A program made the position numbers and the translations under genes. The notes beneath the pieces were generated by a model that had not been told where the DNA came from, made no database searches, and saw only the letters and a program-made list of their open reading frames with translations. A DNA stretch of 61,702 nucleotides, counting the filler. It is 4 parts of 4 records of this genome, joined end to end, with 100 filler letters (N's around TTAATTAATTAA, not from the genome) between each part and the next. Parts side by side here need not be neighbours in the genome. Positions count along the whole stretch, not along the records: positions 11,289 to 42,856 come from DRR723986_9303; 3 more parts are not named here. One strand, given 5' to 3'. Below are positions 31,800-41,342 of this stretch, piece by piece; position 1 is the stretch's first letter; each line of letters opens with the position of its first letter.

Positions 31800-32084
31800 G
31801 TGACCCTCCCAACTCAAACCGTAATCATTTTGCTGAATGCATGGGATGGGGGCATTGATTTATGACAATAGATAACTTCAACGCCGACGCGACAGCCTCA
31901 GTGCGCTGTGAACTGTGGCCTTGGTGAATGCGTGTATTAAGGGGAGTGTAGTGCTGTAGGATCTAGGGGTGTGGCCGGTCGACATCGCTTTTTTAGGGCA
32001 AGACGTCACTGGTTGCGCTAATAGCGGTTCACCCCCATGTCTGCAAGCGATAGAAGGCGCAAAAGCCATTGTCGGAGTTCTGTT

Positions 32085-33605
32085 ATGACCTACACATCCA
32101 AGCCTGTCGTATTGTGTATTCTTGATGGATGGGGTGTTTCGGATGTGATCGAAGCCAATGCGCCACATTTGGCGAAAACGCCGACGTTTGATGCGATGAT
32201 CGAACACGGACCACATGCGCAGCTGATCACCTATGGCCCGGATGTGGGGCTGCCAAGTGGGCAGATGGGAAACTCTGAAGTTGGCCATACCAACATCGGA
32301 GCAGGTCGTGTGGTGGCGATGGATTTGGGCCAGATTGACCTCGCAATCGAAGACGGGTCATTTTTTGAAAATCAGGCGCTACTGGATTTTATCGCCAAGG
32401 TGAAAGCAACTGGCGGTATCGCGCATCTGATGGGGTTGGTGTCAGATGGCGGTGTGCATGGCCATATCAATCACATTGTTGCTGCGGCCAAGGCGATTAC
32501 AGGCGCCGGAGTCGAGGTGGCGTTGCATGCGATCACAGACGGTCGGGATGTGTCGCCGAAATCTGCCTATGGCTATATAGGTGAATTGGAAGAGCGCCTG
32601 CCCGAAGGGGCCAAGATCGTCACCGTGTGCGGGCGCTATTTCGCGATGGATCGGGACAATCGGTGGGAGCGGGTGAGCGAAGCCTATGGCGCGATGATTA
32701 ACGGCGAAGGCCGCACAGCCGGTTCAGCGCATGACGCGGTGACCAAAGCCTACAGTCAGAGTGAAACAGACGAATTTGTCGTGCCGACCGTTCTGGACGG
32801 GTACGCAGGCGTGAAAGACAATGACGCGATGTTTTGTCTGAATTTTCGCGCCGACCGTGCACGCGAGATTTTGGCAGCGATTGCAAAACCCGGCTTTGAC
32901 GCGTTCGATACAGGAACGCGGCCTCAACTTGCCGCCCTGTTGGGGATGGTAGATTATTCAGCTGATCACAGCACCTATATGACCACCGCCTATCCAAAGG
33001 CCGAGATCGTGAACACACTGGGTGCATGGGTTGCGAAACAGGGCAAGCGGCAGTTCCGTTTGGCTGAGACCGAGAAATATCCGCATGTGACTTTTTTCCT
33101 GAACGGCGGGAAGGAAGTGCCGGAGGCAGCAGAAGATCGGTTTATGCCCACATCGCCCAAGGTGGCGACCTATGATTTGCAGCCGGAAATGTCGTCGGAA
33201 GAAGTCACGGCTAAGTTTGTTGAGGCCATCGGGGCGGGCTATGATCTGATTGTGACCAACTATGCCAACCCCGACATGGTGGGTCACACCGGGGATCTAG
33301 GGGCGGCGATCAAAGCCTGTGAAGCGGTGGATCAGGGATTGGCCAAAGTGGTCGACGCCTTGACCAAAGCGGGCGGTACGATGATTGTCACCGCAGATCA
33401 TGGGAATTGTGAGATGATGTATGATCCGGAAACCAAAGGCCCCCATACCGCTCACACCCTGAATCCGGTGCCGGTCGCTTTGGTTGGTGGCCCCAAAGGG
33501 TGCAACTTGCGCAGCGGCCGGTTGGCGGATCTTGCCCCCACGATTTTGGAATTGATGGGCTTGCCCAAGCCCGAGGAAATGACCGGAGAAAGCCTGCTTT
33601 CATGA
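32085..33605 (+). CDS. gpmI: 2,3-bisphosphoglycerate-independent phosphoglycerate mutase
   Basis: PVVLCILDGWG, GQMGNSEVGH, SDGGVH, GRYFAMDRDNRW, NFRADR, AETEKYPHVTFF, NPDMVGHTG, TADHGN. Confidence 0.97.
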   Translation: MTYTSKPVVLCILDGWGVSDVIEANAPHLAKTPTFDAMIEHGPHAQLITYGPDVGLPSGQMGNSEVGHTNIGAGRVVAMDLGQIDLAIEDGSFFENQALLDFIAKVKATGGIAHLMGLVSDGGVHGHINHIVAAAKAITGAGVEVALHAITDGRDVSPKSAYGYIGELEERLPEGAKIVTVCGRYFAMDRDNRWERVSEAYGAMINGEGRTAGSAHDAVTKAYSQSETDEFVVPTVLDGYAGVKDNDAMFCLNFRADRAREILAAIAKPGFDAFDTGTRPQLAALLGMVDYSADHSTYMTTAYPKAEIVNTLGAWVAKQGKRQFRLAETEKYPHVTFFLNGGKEVPEAAEDRFMPTSPKVATYDLQPEMSSEEVTAKFVEAIGAGYDLIVTNYANPDMVGHTGDLGAAIKACEAVDQGLAKVVDALTKAGGTMIVTADHGNCEMMYDPETKGPHTAHTLNPVPVALVGGPKGCNLRSGRLADLAPTILELMGLPKPEEMTGESLLS

Positions 33606-34735
33606 GATTAAGCGCCTGCTTGCTGGGGGTGGTGTTCTGGGTTGGGGCAGCACATGCCCAATCTGATCCAGCCGAAGCCGCACGTCAGGCCGGCCTGCGT
33701 TTAGAGCAGGCGGCTGTAGCGCTGAGCGAAGCCGAAGGCGCTCGGGACCGAGTGCGCGCGTTGACTGTGACGGTCAAAGCCTATGAAAAGGGGCTGGCTG
33801 CGATGCGCGATGGGCTGCGCAAAGCCGCACGGCGCGAGGCGCAGTTGACGGTTCGATTGCGCGCGCGCGAAGAAGAAATTGCGCAGCTGTTGGGCGTGTT
33901 GCAGACGATCGAAACCTCGCCGCCACCGGTATTGCTATTGCATCCATCGGGTCCGCTGGGGTCAGCGCGTTCTGGCATGATGCTGGCTGAAGTGACCCCG
34001 GGGTTGGAGGCACAGACGCGCAAGCTGTCGCATGACTTGCAAGAGGTTCAAACCTTGCGGGTGTTGCAACAAAATGCAGCGGAAACTTTGGAGCAAGGGC
34101 TGGCGGGAGTGCAGGTCGCGCGGGCTGAACTCAGCAAGGCAATTGCCGATAGAACGGATTTACCGCGTCGCTTTACCGAGGATCCGGTGCGTACTGCGAT
34201 CTTGATTTCTTCGACGGAAACGTTGGATGGTTTTGCCAGCGGTTTGGCTGAAATCGCGTCAGGTGAGATCACGGATCTTGATGTGGATGTCTCGGATCTA
34301 AAGGGGTCGATGGATTTGCCGGTTCAAGGCGTGTTGTTGCGCCGTGCAGGTGAGGCGGATGCGGCTGGGGTCAAGCGGCCGGGCATTTTGCTGGCGACCC
34401 GTCCACGGGCGCTTGTGGCGTCGCCATCTGCGGCTACCATCCGATATCGTGGACCTTTGTTGGATTTGGGCAATGTGATTATTCTGGAACCGCAGCCCGA
34501 TACGCTGGTGGTGCTTTCGGGTCTGCAAGAGGTGTACGGAGAGCCCGGTCAGGTGGTGCCCAAAGGGACACCGGTCGGGTTGATGGGCGGAGCAGCGCCG
34601 GAAATTGGTGCAATTCTTTCACTAAGCGGTGATGGCACTGGAACTGATCGTTCAGAAACGCTCTATATAGAAGTCAGAGAGGGCGACAGCCCTGTGGATC
34701 CCGAAACGTGGTTCCGAACCGACAAGGATGGATAA
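33602..34735 (+). CDS. envC: Murein hydrolase activator EnvC-like (coiled coil + degenerate M23/LytM)
   Basis: Signal peptide, long coiled coil, and a C-terminal LytM fold without Zn ligands (GNVIILEP...VGLMGG...LYIEVR...PVDP); classic gpmI-envC-ctpA synteny. Confidence 0.82.
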   Translation: MRLSACLLGVVFWVGAAHAQSDPAEAARQAGLRLEQAAVALSEAEGARDRVRALTVTVKAYEKGLAAMRDGLRKAARREAQLTVRLRAREEEIAQLLGVLQTIETSPPPVLLLHPSGPLGSARSGMMLAEVTPGLEAQTRKLSHDLQEVQTLRVLQQNAAETLEQGLAGVQVARAELSKAIADRTDLPRRFTEDPVRTAILISSTETLDGFASGLAEIASGEITDLDVDVSDLKGSMDLPVQGVLLRRAGEADAAGVKRPGILLATRPRALVASPSAATIRYRGPLLDLGNVIILEPQPDTLVVLSGLQEVYGEPGQVVPKGTPVGLMGGAAPEIGAILSLSGDGTGTDRSETLYIEVREGDSPVDPETWFRTDKDG

Positions 34736-34741
34736 ACGAAC

Positions 34742-36076
34742 ATGAAGAAATTCGTGATGGCCGCACTGGGCGGCACGCTGGCAGGTATTGTCGCGACCAC
34801 CCAAGTGGCGGGACCGCTTGTGGCGCAAGAGGCAAAGAGCAACGCAAGCGTATACGAGCAGCTGGATTTGTTTGGCGATATTTTTGAGCGCATCCGCGTT
34901 CAATATGTCGAAGAGGTCGACGAGGGCGAGCTGATCGAAGCAGCGATTGACGGCATGCTGACGTCGTTGGACCCACATTCCAGCTATCTATCGCCCGATG
35001 ATGCAGCCCAGATGCGGGTGCAGACGCGCGGAGAATTTGGTGGATTGGGGATCGAAGTTACCCAAGACGAAGGATTCGTCAAAGTGGTGTCCCCGATTGA
35101 TGGAACACCTGCTGACGAAGCCGGTGTAGAAGCCGGCGATTTCATCACGCATGTAGATGGCGAAAGCCTGTTGGGGCTGACGCTGGACAAGGCGGTTGAA
35201 CTGATGCGTGGTCCGGTTGGGTCCGAAATCATCATCACAGTCGTGCGCGAAGGCGAACAGGAACCATTTGATATTTCAATCATTCGCGACACTATCAAGT
35301 TGACCGCGGTGCGGGTGCGTTCGGAAGGGACCAGTGTTGTTTTGCGGGTCACGACTTTTAACGATCAGACCTATCCAAACCTAAAAGAAGGAATGGAAAA
35401 GCAGATCGAAGAGGCAGGCGGCATCGATAAGGTGAATGGCTTTATCCTGGATCTGCGCAACAACCCCGGTGGGCTTTTGACGCAAGCGATCAAGGTTTCG
35501 GACGGTTTCTTGGACGAGGGTGAGATTGTTTCGACACGGGGCCGCAATGTTGCTGATGGCGAACGTTTCAACGCCACAGTTGGGGATCTGGCGCAGGGCA
35601 AACCGTTGGTTGTGCTGATCAATGGCGGCTCTGCTTCGGCGTCAGAAATTGTCGCCGGTGCCTTGCAGGATCACCGCCGGGCGATTGTCATCGGGACTAA
35701 AAGTTTTGGCAAAGGGTCGGTTCAGACTGTCATGCCGTTGCGTGGAGATGGTGCTATGCGTCTGACCACAGCGCGGTATTACACCCCATCGGGCCGGTCT
35801 ATTCAGGCTTTGGGCGTGTCGCCAGACATCGTTGTTGAGCAACCACGCCGGTCTGCAACTGAGCCGGAAGAAGAAGAGAACAAGCGCAACACCCGATCCG
35901 AAGCGGATCTGCGCGGCAGCCTCAACAATGACAGCCTGTCAGAAGATGAGATTCGCCAAATTGAGGAAGACCGTGCCAAGGCCGAAGCCTCAGCCGAGCT
36001 GCGTACCAATGATTACCAGTTGGCTTACGCCATTGATATCCTCAAAGGTTTGGCCGCTTTGGCCCCGCAGAAGTAA
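34742..36076 (+). CDS. ctpA: Carboxyl-terminal processing protease (S41)
   Basis: LDPHSSY, PDZ (GEFGGLGIEV), LDLRNNPGGLL, NGGSASASEIVAGALQD, SFGKGSVQT, ARYYTPSGRSIQ. Confidence 0.95.
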   Translation: MKKFVMAALGGTLAGIVATTQVAGPLVAQEAKSNASVYEQLDLFGDIFERIRVQYVEEVDEGELIEAAIDGMLTSLDPHSSYLSPDDAAQMRVQTRGEFGGLGIEVTQDEGFVKVVSPIDGTPADEAGVEAGDFITHVDGESLLGLTLDKAVELMRGPVGSEIIITVVREGEQEPFDISIIRDTIKLTAVRVRSEGTSVVLRVTTFNDQTYPNLKEGMEKQIEEAGGIDKVNGFILDLRNNPGGLLTQAIKVSDGFLDEGEIVSTRGRNVADGERFNATVGDLAQGKPLVVLINGGSASASEIVAGALQDHRRAIVIGTKSFGKGSVQTVMPLRGDGAMRLTTARYYTPSGRSIQALGVSPDIVVEQPRRSATEPEEEENKRNTRSEADLRGSLNNDSLSEDEIRQIEEDRAKAEASAELRTNDYQLAYAIDILKGLAALAPQK

Positions 36077-36090
36077 GGGTGCACTTAGAA

Positions 36091-36128
36091 AAAATGAGGG
36101 CCGCGTCCGATGGATGCGGCCCCTTTTT
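36091..36128. terminator. Bidirectional intrinsic terminator
   Basis: A-tract, GGGCCGCGTCC-GAT-GGATGCGGCCC hairpin, T-tract between convergent genes. Confidence 0.78.
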
Positions 36129-36171
36129 ATTGGGATAGGACAGGCAATCTGATCGCTTGAATCAGGGACGC

Positions 36172-36549
36172 TCACATCGTTTCAAGGCAATGCCGGCGAA
36201 AGGCGCGTTTGAGCATGTCGAGTTCTGCGCGCAGCAATTCGACCTCGGCGCGCAAATCGTCTGAGACGGCTTCACCCGCCATCAGCGTAAAATCACCCAG
36301 CTTTGTTGCCGTCTCCTGATCAATGATCAGGAACGTCTGAACACCGTCTGCAACCGCGTGTGACGGAATGGGAATCGTCAAATCCCATGAGGTTCCATTG
36401 CCTGCCTCGATCAATTCAACACCGTCGACAGGTTGGTCCAAATAGGTGACCTGGATATTTGGGCGCGCGCCAGTGGATGAGGCGCCAAGGATCTGGCCTT
36501 CCCATGCGCCATTGCGCAGGCGGGTCTTGGACAGGGTCAATTCGCTCAT
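36172..36549 (-). CDS. Conserved Rhodobacteraceae hypothetical protein
   Basis: MSELTLSKTRLRNGAWEG...DGVQTFLI...DDLRAEVELLRAELDMLKRAFRRHC (beta-rich domain plus C-terminal coiled coil); co-oriented with the upstream gene. Confidence 0.8.
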   Translation of the reverse strand: MSELTLSKTRLRNGAWEGQILGASSTGARPNIQVTYLDQPVDGVELIEAGNGTSWDLTIPIPSHAVADGVQTFLIIDQETATKLGDFTLMAGEAVSDDLRAEVELLRAELDMLKRAFRRHCLETM

Positions 36550-36560
36550 GTTCAGCCCTC

Positions 36561-37328
36561 TTACAGTGCGGCGCGGCGGTGGCGACAAAAGGTGAGATCG
36601 CGCAAGACGACCTGATTCATATCGGGGGCCTCAAATATGAGATCCAACCAGATTTTTTCAATGCGTTTTTCATTGAGGCGGGAATAGGCGAGATCGAATT
36701 CGACCATGACGTCTTTTTCGCTCAAGGGCAGTTCCCGCACGATCTGTTCGGTATTCGGGCCATGTTTGATGTTCAGGCGGGCAAATATCTCAAGCGGTTT
36801 TTCAGTCTCGATGATGGTATCCACGCGCAAAAGATGGGCCCGGGTCATGCCGACGGCGGCTTCGGGCGGGAGGTCGATGACCAGCGACAGGAACGAGCCA
36901 TCGAATTTAAATACATCCATGCGCAGCCCATAAGGGGCTAGATCGGCCTCGCGCGTGTTGCGCAACTGGCGCAGGGTCAGTTCGGAATATTCGCAATCAT
37001 GAAATAGTTGCACTTCGCCGCCCAGTGTCGACTTTGTCGGAACCGATGACAGGCCCGGAACCGGGAGTGGTCCACGCCAGAGTTCCGAGCGCCAAGACCA
37101 GTCTGTGCCATGGGGTTTCGGGAAAAAAGACGAACCGATTTTGGGCAGGGCCAGACGGCCATCAGCGACATGAATGAGACGATCCAGATGCGTGCGCAAT
37201 TCCCGCGCCTGATTGCGCTGTGTGCGTAGGACTGACAAGTTGCTTTGCCCCGCCGCACGGGCAGCGCGACGCCACCGGCGCAGCGCGCGCATATGAAACA
37301 TCCGATCCAGTACCCTGCTCATCTTCAT
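36561..37328 (-). CDS. Conserved Rhodobacteraceae hypothetical protein (DUF6478-like)
   Basis: DWSWRSELWRGP, FHDC, MDVFKFDGSFLSL, FARLNIKHGPNTEQ, EFDLAY, WLDLIFE; the family name is from recall. Confidence 0.78.
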   Translation of the reverse strand: MKMSRVLDRMFHMRALRRWRRAARAAGQSNLSVLRTQRNQARELRTHLDRLIHVADGRLALPKIGSSFFPKPHGTDWSWRSELWRGPLPVPGLSSVPTKSTLGGEVQLFHDCEYSELTLRQLRNTREADLAPYGLRMDVFKFDGSFLSLVIDLPPEAAVGMTRAHLLRVDTIIETEKPLEIFARLNIKHGPNTEQIVRELPLSEKDVMVEFDLAYSRLNEKRIEKIWLDLIFEAPDMNQVVLRDLTFCRHRRAAL

Positions 37329-37434
37329 CCCGTTGTCTATGTGGTCGCGCCGTTGGTTATATGTATCGAAAGTATGTTAACCAAATAAGCCCAATATTAT
37401 CAATTCGATGCATTTTTCCTGATTTTGGAAACAA

Positions 37435-38043
37435 TCAATCGGGTTTCTTTGGCACAGCCTTTGGTATGGCGCTGGCTTTGATGGTTTTGGTTGCAAGGTC
37501 GGACAGCAAATTTGCCCCTTGTGCTGTTAATGCATCGCTGCCTTCGCTGGCATACAGTGCCAATCCGACAAGATGTCCGTTCAGCGCAAATGCGGATCGC
37601 CAATGGCGTGGGCTTGCGCCGTTGACGTTATGATCTGGGTTTTCAAGCAAAACGAAGGGGCGGCCCTTTAGGGATTGGGTTTCCATCACTTTGGCGGGTT
37701 TGGCGGACTGCGTCAGGGATTTCGCATCAGGCTGTGTGCCTGTAGGGTCAGTGACGGTTGTGACCGTGATCAAAGCCAGATCTTGGGTGGGAAAGGCCCC
37801 CCGCACGCCAAGCGCGTCACAGCGCGCCAAAACCGCAAAGCTGTCCTGTTTGCCAGATTTGACAGCGCGTTTGTCCACACAGTAACCGCGAGGGGCGGTA
37901 AGGGTGATATCCCCCTGTGCCAGCGACATCTGCGTGATCCGTTTGGGCGTGTCCGTCGCAACCAAACCTTGGCCGCACCCCGCTAGCATTGTCAGTGCGC
38001 CTAAGACTGCAAAGTGAGGGATCGGTCGAAAGATCTGGATCAT
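37435..38043 (-). CDS. Putative lipoprotein
   Basis: Lipobox LAGC after a hydrophobic stretch; APRGYCVD...FAVLARC motif seen in Roseobacter hypotheticals. Confidence 0.75.
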   Translation of the reverse strand: MIQIFRPIPHFAVLGALTMLAGCGQGLVATDTPKRITQMSLAQGDITLTAPRGYCVDKRAVKSGKQDSFAVLARCDALGVRGAFPTQDLALITVTTVTDPTGTQPDAKSLTQSAKPAKVMETQSLKGRPFVLLENPDHNVNGASPRHWRSAFALNGHLVGLALYASEGSDALTAQGANLLSDLATKTIKASAIPKAVPKKPD

Positions 38044-38234
38044 ATGTAACATCTTTTGCCTGCAGTATTTCTTTTGCCAATAGCGTTTGATTTCAAATCA
38101 GACAAGGCGAGCACGAAACAGTTATTCCCCTATCCTTGAAAACAGAGTGGGCAATGCTTACCGTCCATGGTTCGGTGGCTGTGATGCGTCTGCGCTGTGC
38201 TGCGGGTAATTAAACCGGATGCGAGGGCGGGGTT

Positions 38235-41200
38235 ATGGAACCCACACTGTTTTCCTTCATATGGAAATATTCGAAGAAACAACAGCTTACCTTGCTGATG
38301 CTGACGGTTGTGTCGTTTCCGTTTCTTTATGCGTCTTTGGAGTTGCCAAAGCGGATCATCAACGACGCCATCGGGGCGACGACGGATACGGTGACGGTCT
38401 GGTCTGTGGATATGACACAGGTGCAGTACCTGTTGGTGTTGTGCTTTGCCTTTCTGGCCACCGTACTGAGCAGTGGTTTGATGAAGATGCGGATCAACAC
38501 CATGAAAGGTGTGTTGGCCGAGCGGATGCTGCGTCGGCTGCGGTTCAAGTTGATCCAGCGCATGATGCGCTTTCCCACGCCCTATTTCGCGAGCACGAGC
38601 CAAGGCGAGTTGGTGTCGATGATCACCTCAGAAGCGGAGCCAATGGGCGGCTTGATGGGAGATGCGATAGCGCAGCCGGTGTTCCAACTTGGGCAAATGC
38701 TAACAATTGTAACGTTCCTGTTCATGCAGAGCGTTTGGTTCGGGATTGCGTCAGTGGCACTGATCCCGTTGCAGGCTTGGCTTATCCCGATGTTGCAACG
38801 CCAGATCAATTTGTTGAATAAATCCCGCATTCAAGAGGTGCGCCGCCTGAGTTCTGAGATTGGCGAAAGTGCCGCTGGCATTTCTGATCTGCGGGCCAAT
38901 GGCGGTTGGCGCTATCGTATGGCGCAGTTCACCGACCGCTTGGGGCGGTTGTTCGACATCCGGTACAAAATCTACCGCAAGAAGTTCTTTATGAAGTTCT
39001 TGAACAACATGATCACCCAGATGACGCCGTTTCTGTTCTACTCGGTCGGCGGATATCTGGCCATTCAGGGGGAAATTACGGTTGGTGCCTTGGTTGCGGC
39101 GCTGGGGGCGTACAAGGACCTCAGCTCGCCTTGGAAAGAGTTGTTGTTTTATTACAATCAGGTACAGGACATGTCGCTGCGTTGGGAAATCGTGACCGAA
39201 CGGTTTGCTCCGCGTCATATGGTTCCAAAAGAGCTGTTCGAGGGCGAGCCCAAGGATATTCCTCGATTGAATGGGGCGATTGAGTTGAAAGATGTGACCG
39301 TTCGCGATGTGGATGGAAACACCATTCTCGAAGACATCGATCTGACCATCCCCCCGGGGTCGCGCGTGGCCATTCAGTCGAGCAAAGCGTCCGAACGCAC
39401 TGCAATGGCGCAGCTGTTGACGCGAGAGATATTGCCAGTGCGGGGGTCGGTTTTGTTATCTGGGCACCCGTTAGAGGGGCTGCATCAATCGGTGATCGCG
39501 GCACGGATCGGATACGCGCATTCGCGCCCTTATCTGTTTGATGGCACATTGGGTGACAACCTGTTGATGCCTTTGCGCACGCGGCCACAGAGTGAGCAAA
39601 ATGACCTTCGCAGGCCAAGCAAAAAGCAAATCGAAGCCGTTCGTGCGGGCAACAGCCCGGATATGTTGGATGAGGATTGGATCGAGCCGGGTTTGGCGGG
39701 ACTCAACGACGGGGGCGATGTTCGGGAATGGTGGTTCAAGCTGGTCGAAGCGATGGGCATCGACGAGCTGATGTTCCGGCGCACCCTTCGATCGCGTCTG
39801 GATGCGACGCTGCATCCCCATCTGGCATCGCAAATTGTTGAGCTGCGCGAAAAGGTGGCCAGCCGTTTGCACGACCGCGGTCTCAGCGAATTTGTCTTTC
39901 GGTTTGAGCCTGACCAATTTAACCCGGCTGTGCCTTTGGGTGGGAATTTGCTTTATGCGTCACCTGCGCGTGAAATAAAGCCCTTAGATTTGGCAAAAGA
40001 CAGTCGTTTCACCAAAATGCTGCAGGATCAGGGGCTGGATGACGAAGCTCAGGCCATGGCGCTCGGTGTGATTGAGATGCTCAAGCAGACGTTTGGCCGA
40101 GATGGCACCGATCACCCGTTATTCCTGCGCTTGGGGATGGAAGAGGATCTGTATCACCGTTTGCTGATTGTGGCAGAGCGACAGGCCGTCAAAGGGGACG
40201 GTGCTTTGACCGAGGAAGAGCGGGCGCTGTTGCTGACCATTCCGTTTCTTTTGACTGCCGAACAGATTGGCCCCAGCTTTCCCGAGGAATACAAAGACAA
40301 GATCCTTGCGATCCGTCAGGCACAGGCTGGCAAATTGCGCGATTCCATAAATGGGATGTTCGTTGCAGTTGATCCGGAGATTTATGTGCCGCGTCTGACC
40401 GTGGTCGAAAACGCGTTGTTTGGACGTGTGTCCATGATGGCTGGTGCACGCGCGGATGAGATCGAAAATATCGTGGCTGAGGTGTTGCTTGAAGCCGGGC
40501 TAAGAGGGCGTATTGCGGCGACGATTTACGATCTTCCCTCGGGGCTGGGCGGGACAAACCTGCCGACAGTGTTTCAGGAACGCGCGGCTTTTTCACGGGC
40601 TGGCATCAAGCGGCCGGATATTTTGGTTTTGGACAAGGCACTGGCCAGCCACGATTCGAAAAGCCGCTTGAGAACGCGCCAAAAGCTGAGAGAGTTGCTG
40701 CCGCAATCCATCATGATTTTCATGGAAGATAACTTTGAACACCCAGAAGCGTATGATTTGTTTATTGAAATCAAAGACGGGCGCATAGATGGGGTGACGC
40801 GTTCACAGCTTGAGGCATTGGGCAAAGGCGCAGCTGCGGACCTGAGTCGTAAGTTGAATATCATTGCCTCGACCGAGTTGTTTTCCAAGCTGGACGCGCG
40901 CAACCAGCGCCTGCTGGCGTTTTCCGCGCAATGGTATGAAGTTGCTGCGGGGCAGACGATTTTTGCGCATGGTCAGCAGGCTGATGCGGCTTATCTGTGT
41001 CTGACCGGGCGAGCAGCCTTGCGCTGGCCCGAAGACCCATCGGGCATGCGCCCGATTTCCTATATTGAACCGGGGCGTTTGATTGGGGATCTGTCGATTA
41101 TCACCCAAGAACCGCGTCCGATGGACCTGGTGGCCGAGGAGAACAGCAGTTTCCTGCGTATTGGTGCAGAAGAATTCAGGGCTGTGATCGAAAATGATGC

Positions 41201-41342
41201 GAGCGTAGCGGTCAGTCTGCTACAGACGGTGTCAGGGCATTTGGTGGATGCCGCTGAATTTTTGCGCATGTCGCACGTAAACATTGCCGATTTCACCAAT
41301 CCCGAAGGCACACCAATTCCGGATGTGAAACCTCATGGCTGA
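38235..41342 (+). CDS. ABC exporter-type membrane domain + degenerate split NBD + cyclic-nucleotide-binding domain
   Basis: N-terminal 6-TM ABC_membrane domain (..GEITVGALVA..). NBD remnants IELKDVT..ILEDIDLTIPPGSRVAI, YLFDGTLGDNL and RPDILVLD. C-terminal cNMP domain (ELFSKL...GQTIFAHGQQADAAY...GRLIGDLSII..EPR). Confidence 0.88.
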   Translation: MEPTLFSFIWKYSKKQQLTLLMLTVVSFPFLYASLELPKRIINDAIGATTDTVTVWSVDMTQVQYLLVLCFAFLATVLSSGLMKMRINTMKGVLAERMLRRLRFKLIQRMMRFPTPYFASTSQGELVSMITSEAEPMGGLMGDAIAQPVFQLGQMLTIVTFLFMQSVWFGIASVALIPLQAWLIPMLQRQINLLNKSRIQEVRRLSSEIGESAAGISDLRANGGWRYRMAQFTDRLGRLFDIRYKIYRKKFFMKFLNNMITQMTPFLFYSVGGYLAIQGEITVGALVAALGAYKDLSSPWKELLFYYNQVQDMSLRWEIVTERFAPRHMVPKELFEGEPKDIPRLNGAIELKDVTVRDVDGNTILEDIDLTIPPGSRVAIQSSKASERTAMAQLLTREILPVRGSVLLSGHPLEGLHQSVIAARIGYAHSRPYLFDGTLGDNLLMPLRTRPQSEQNDLRRPSKKQIEAVRAGNSPDMLDEDWIEPGLAGLNDGGDVREWWFKLVEAMGIDELMFRRTLRSRLDATLHPHLASQIVELREKVASRLHDRGLSEFVFRFEPDQFNPAVPLGGNLLYASPAREIKPLDLAKDSRFTKMLQDQGLDDEAQAMALGVIEMLKQTFGRDGTDHPLFLRLGMEEDLYHRLLIVAERQAVKGDGALTEEERALLLTIPFLLTAEQIGPSFPEEYKDKILAIRQAQAGKLRDSINGMFVAVDPEIYVPRLTVVENALFGRVSMMAGARADEIENIVAEVLLEAGLRGRIAATIYDLPSGLGGTNLPTVFQERAAFSRAGIKRPDILVLDKALASHDSKSRLRTRQKLRELLPQSIMIFMEDNFEHPEAYDLFIEIKDGRIDGVTRSQLEALGKGAAADLSRKLNIIASTELFSKLDARNQRLLAFSAQWYEVAAGQTIFAHGQQADAAYLCLTGRAALRWPEDPSGMRPISYIEPGRLIGDLSIITQEPRPMDLVAEENSSFLRIGAEEFRAVIENDASVAVSLLQTVSGHLVDAAEFLRMSHVNIADFTNPEGTPIPDVKPHG

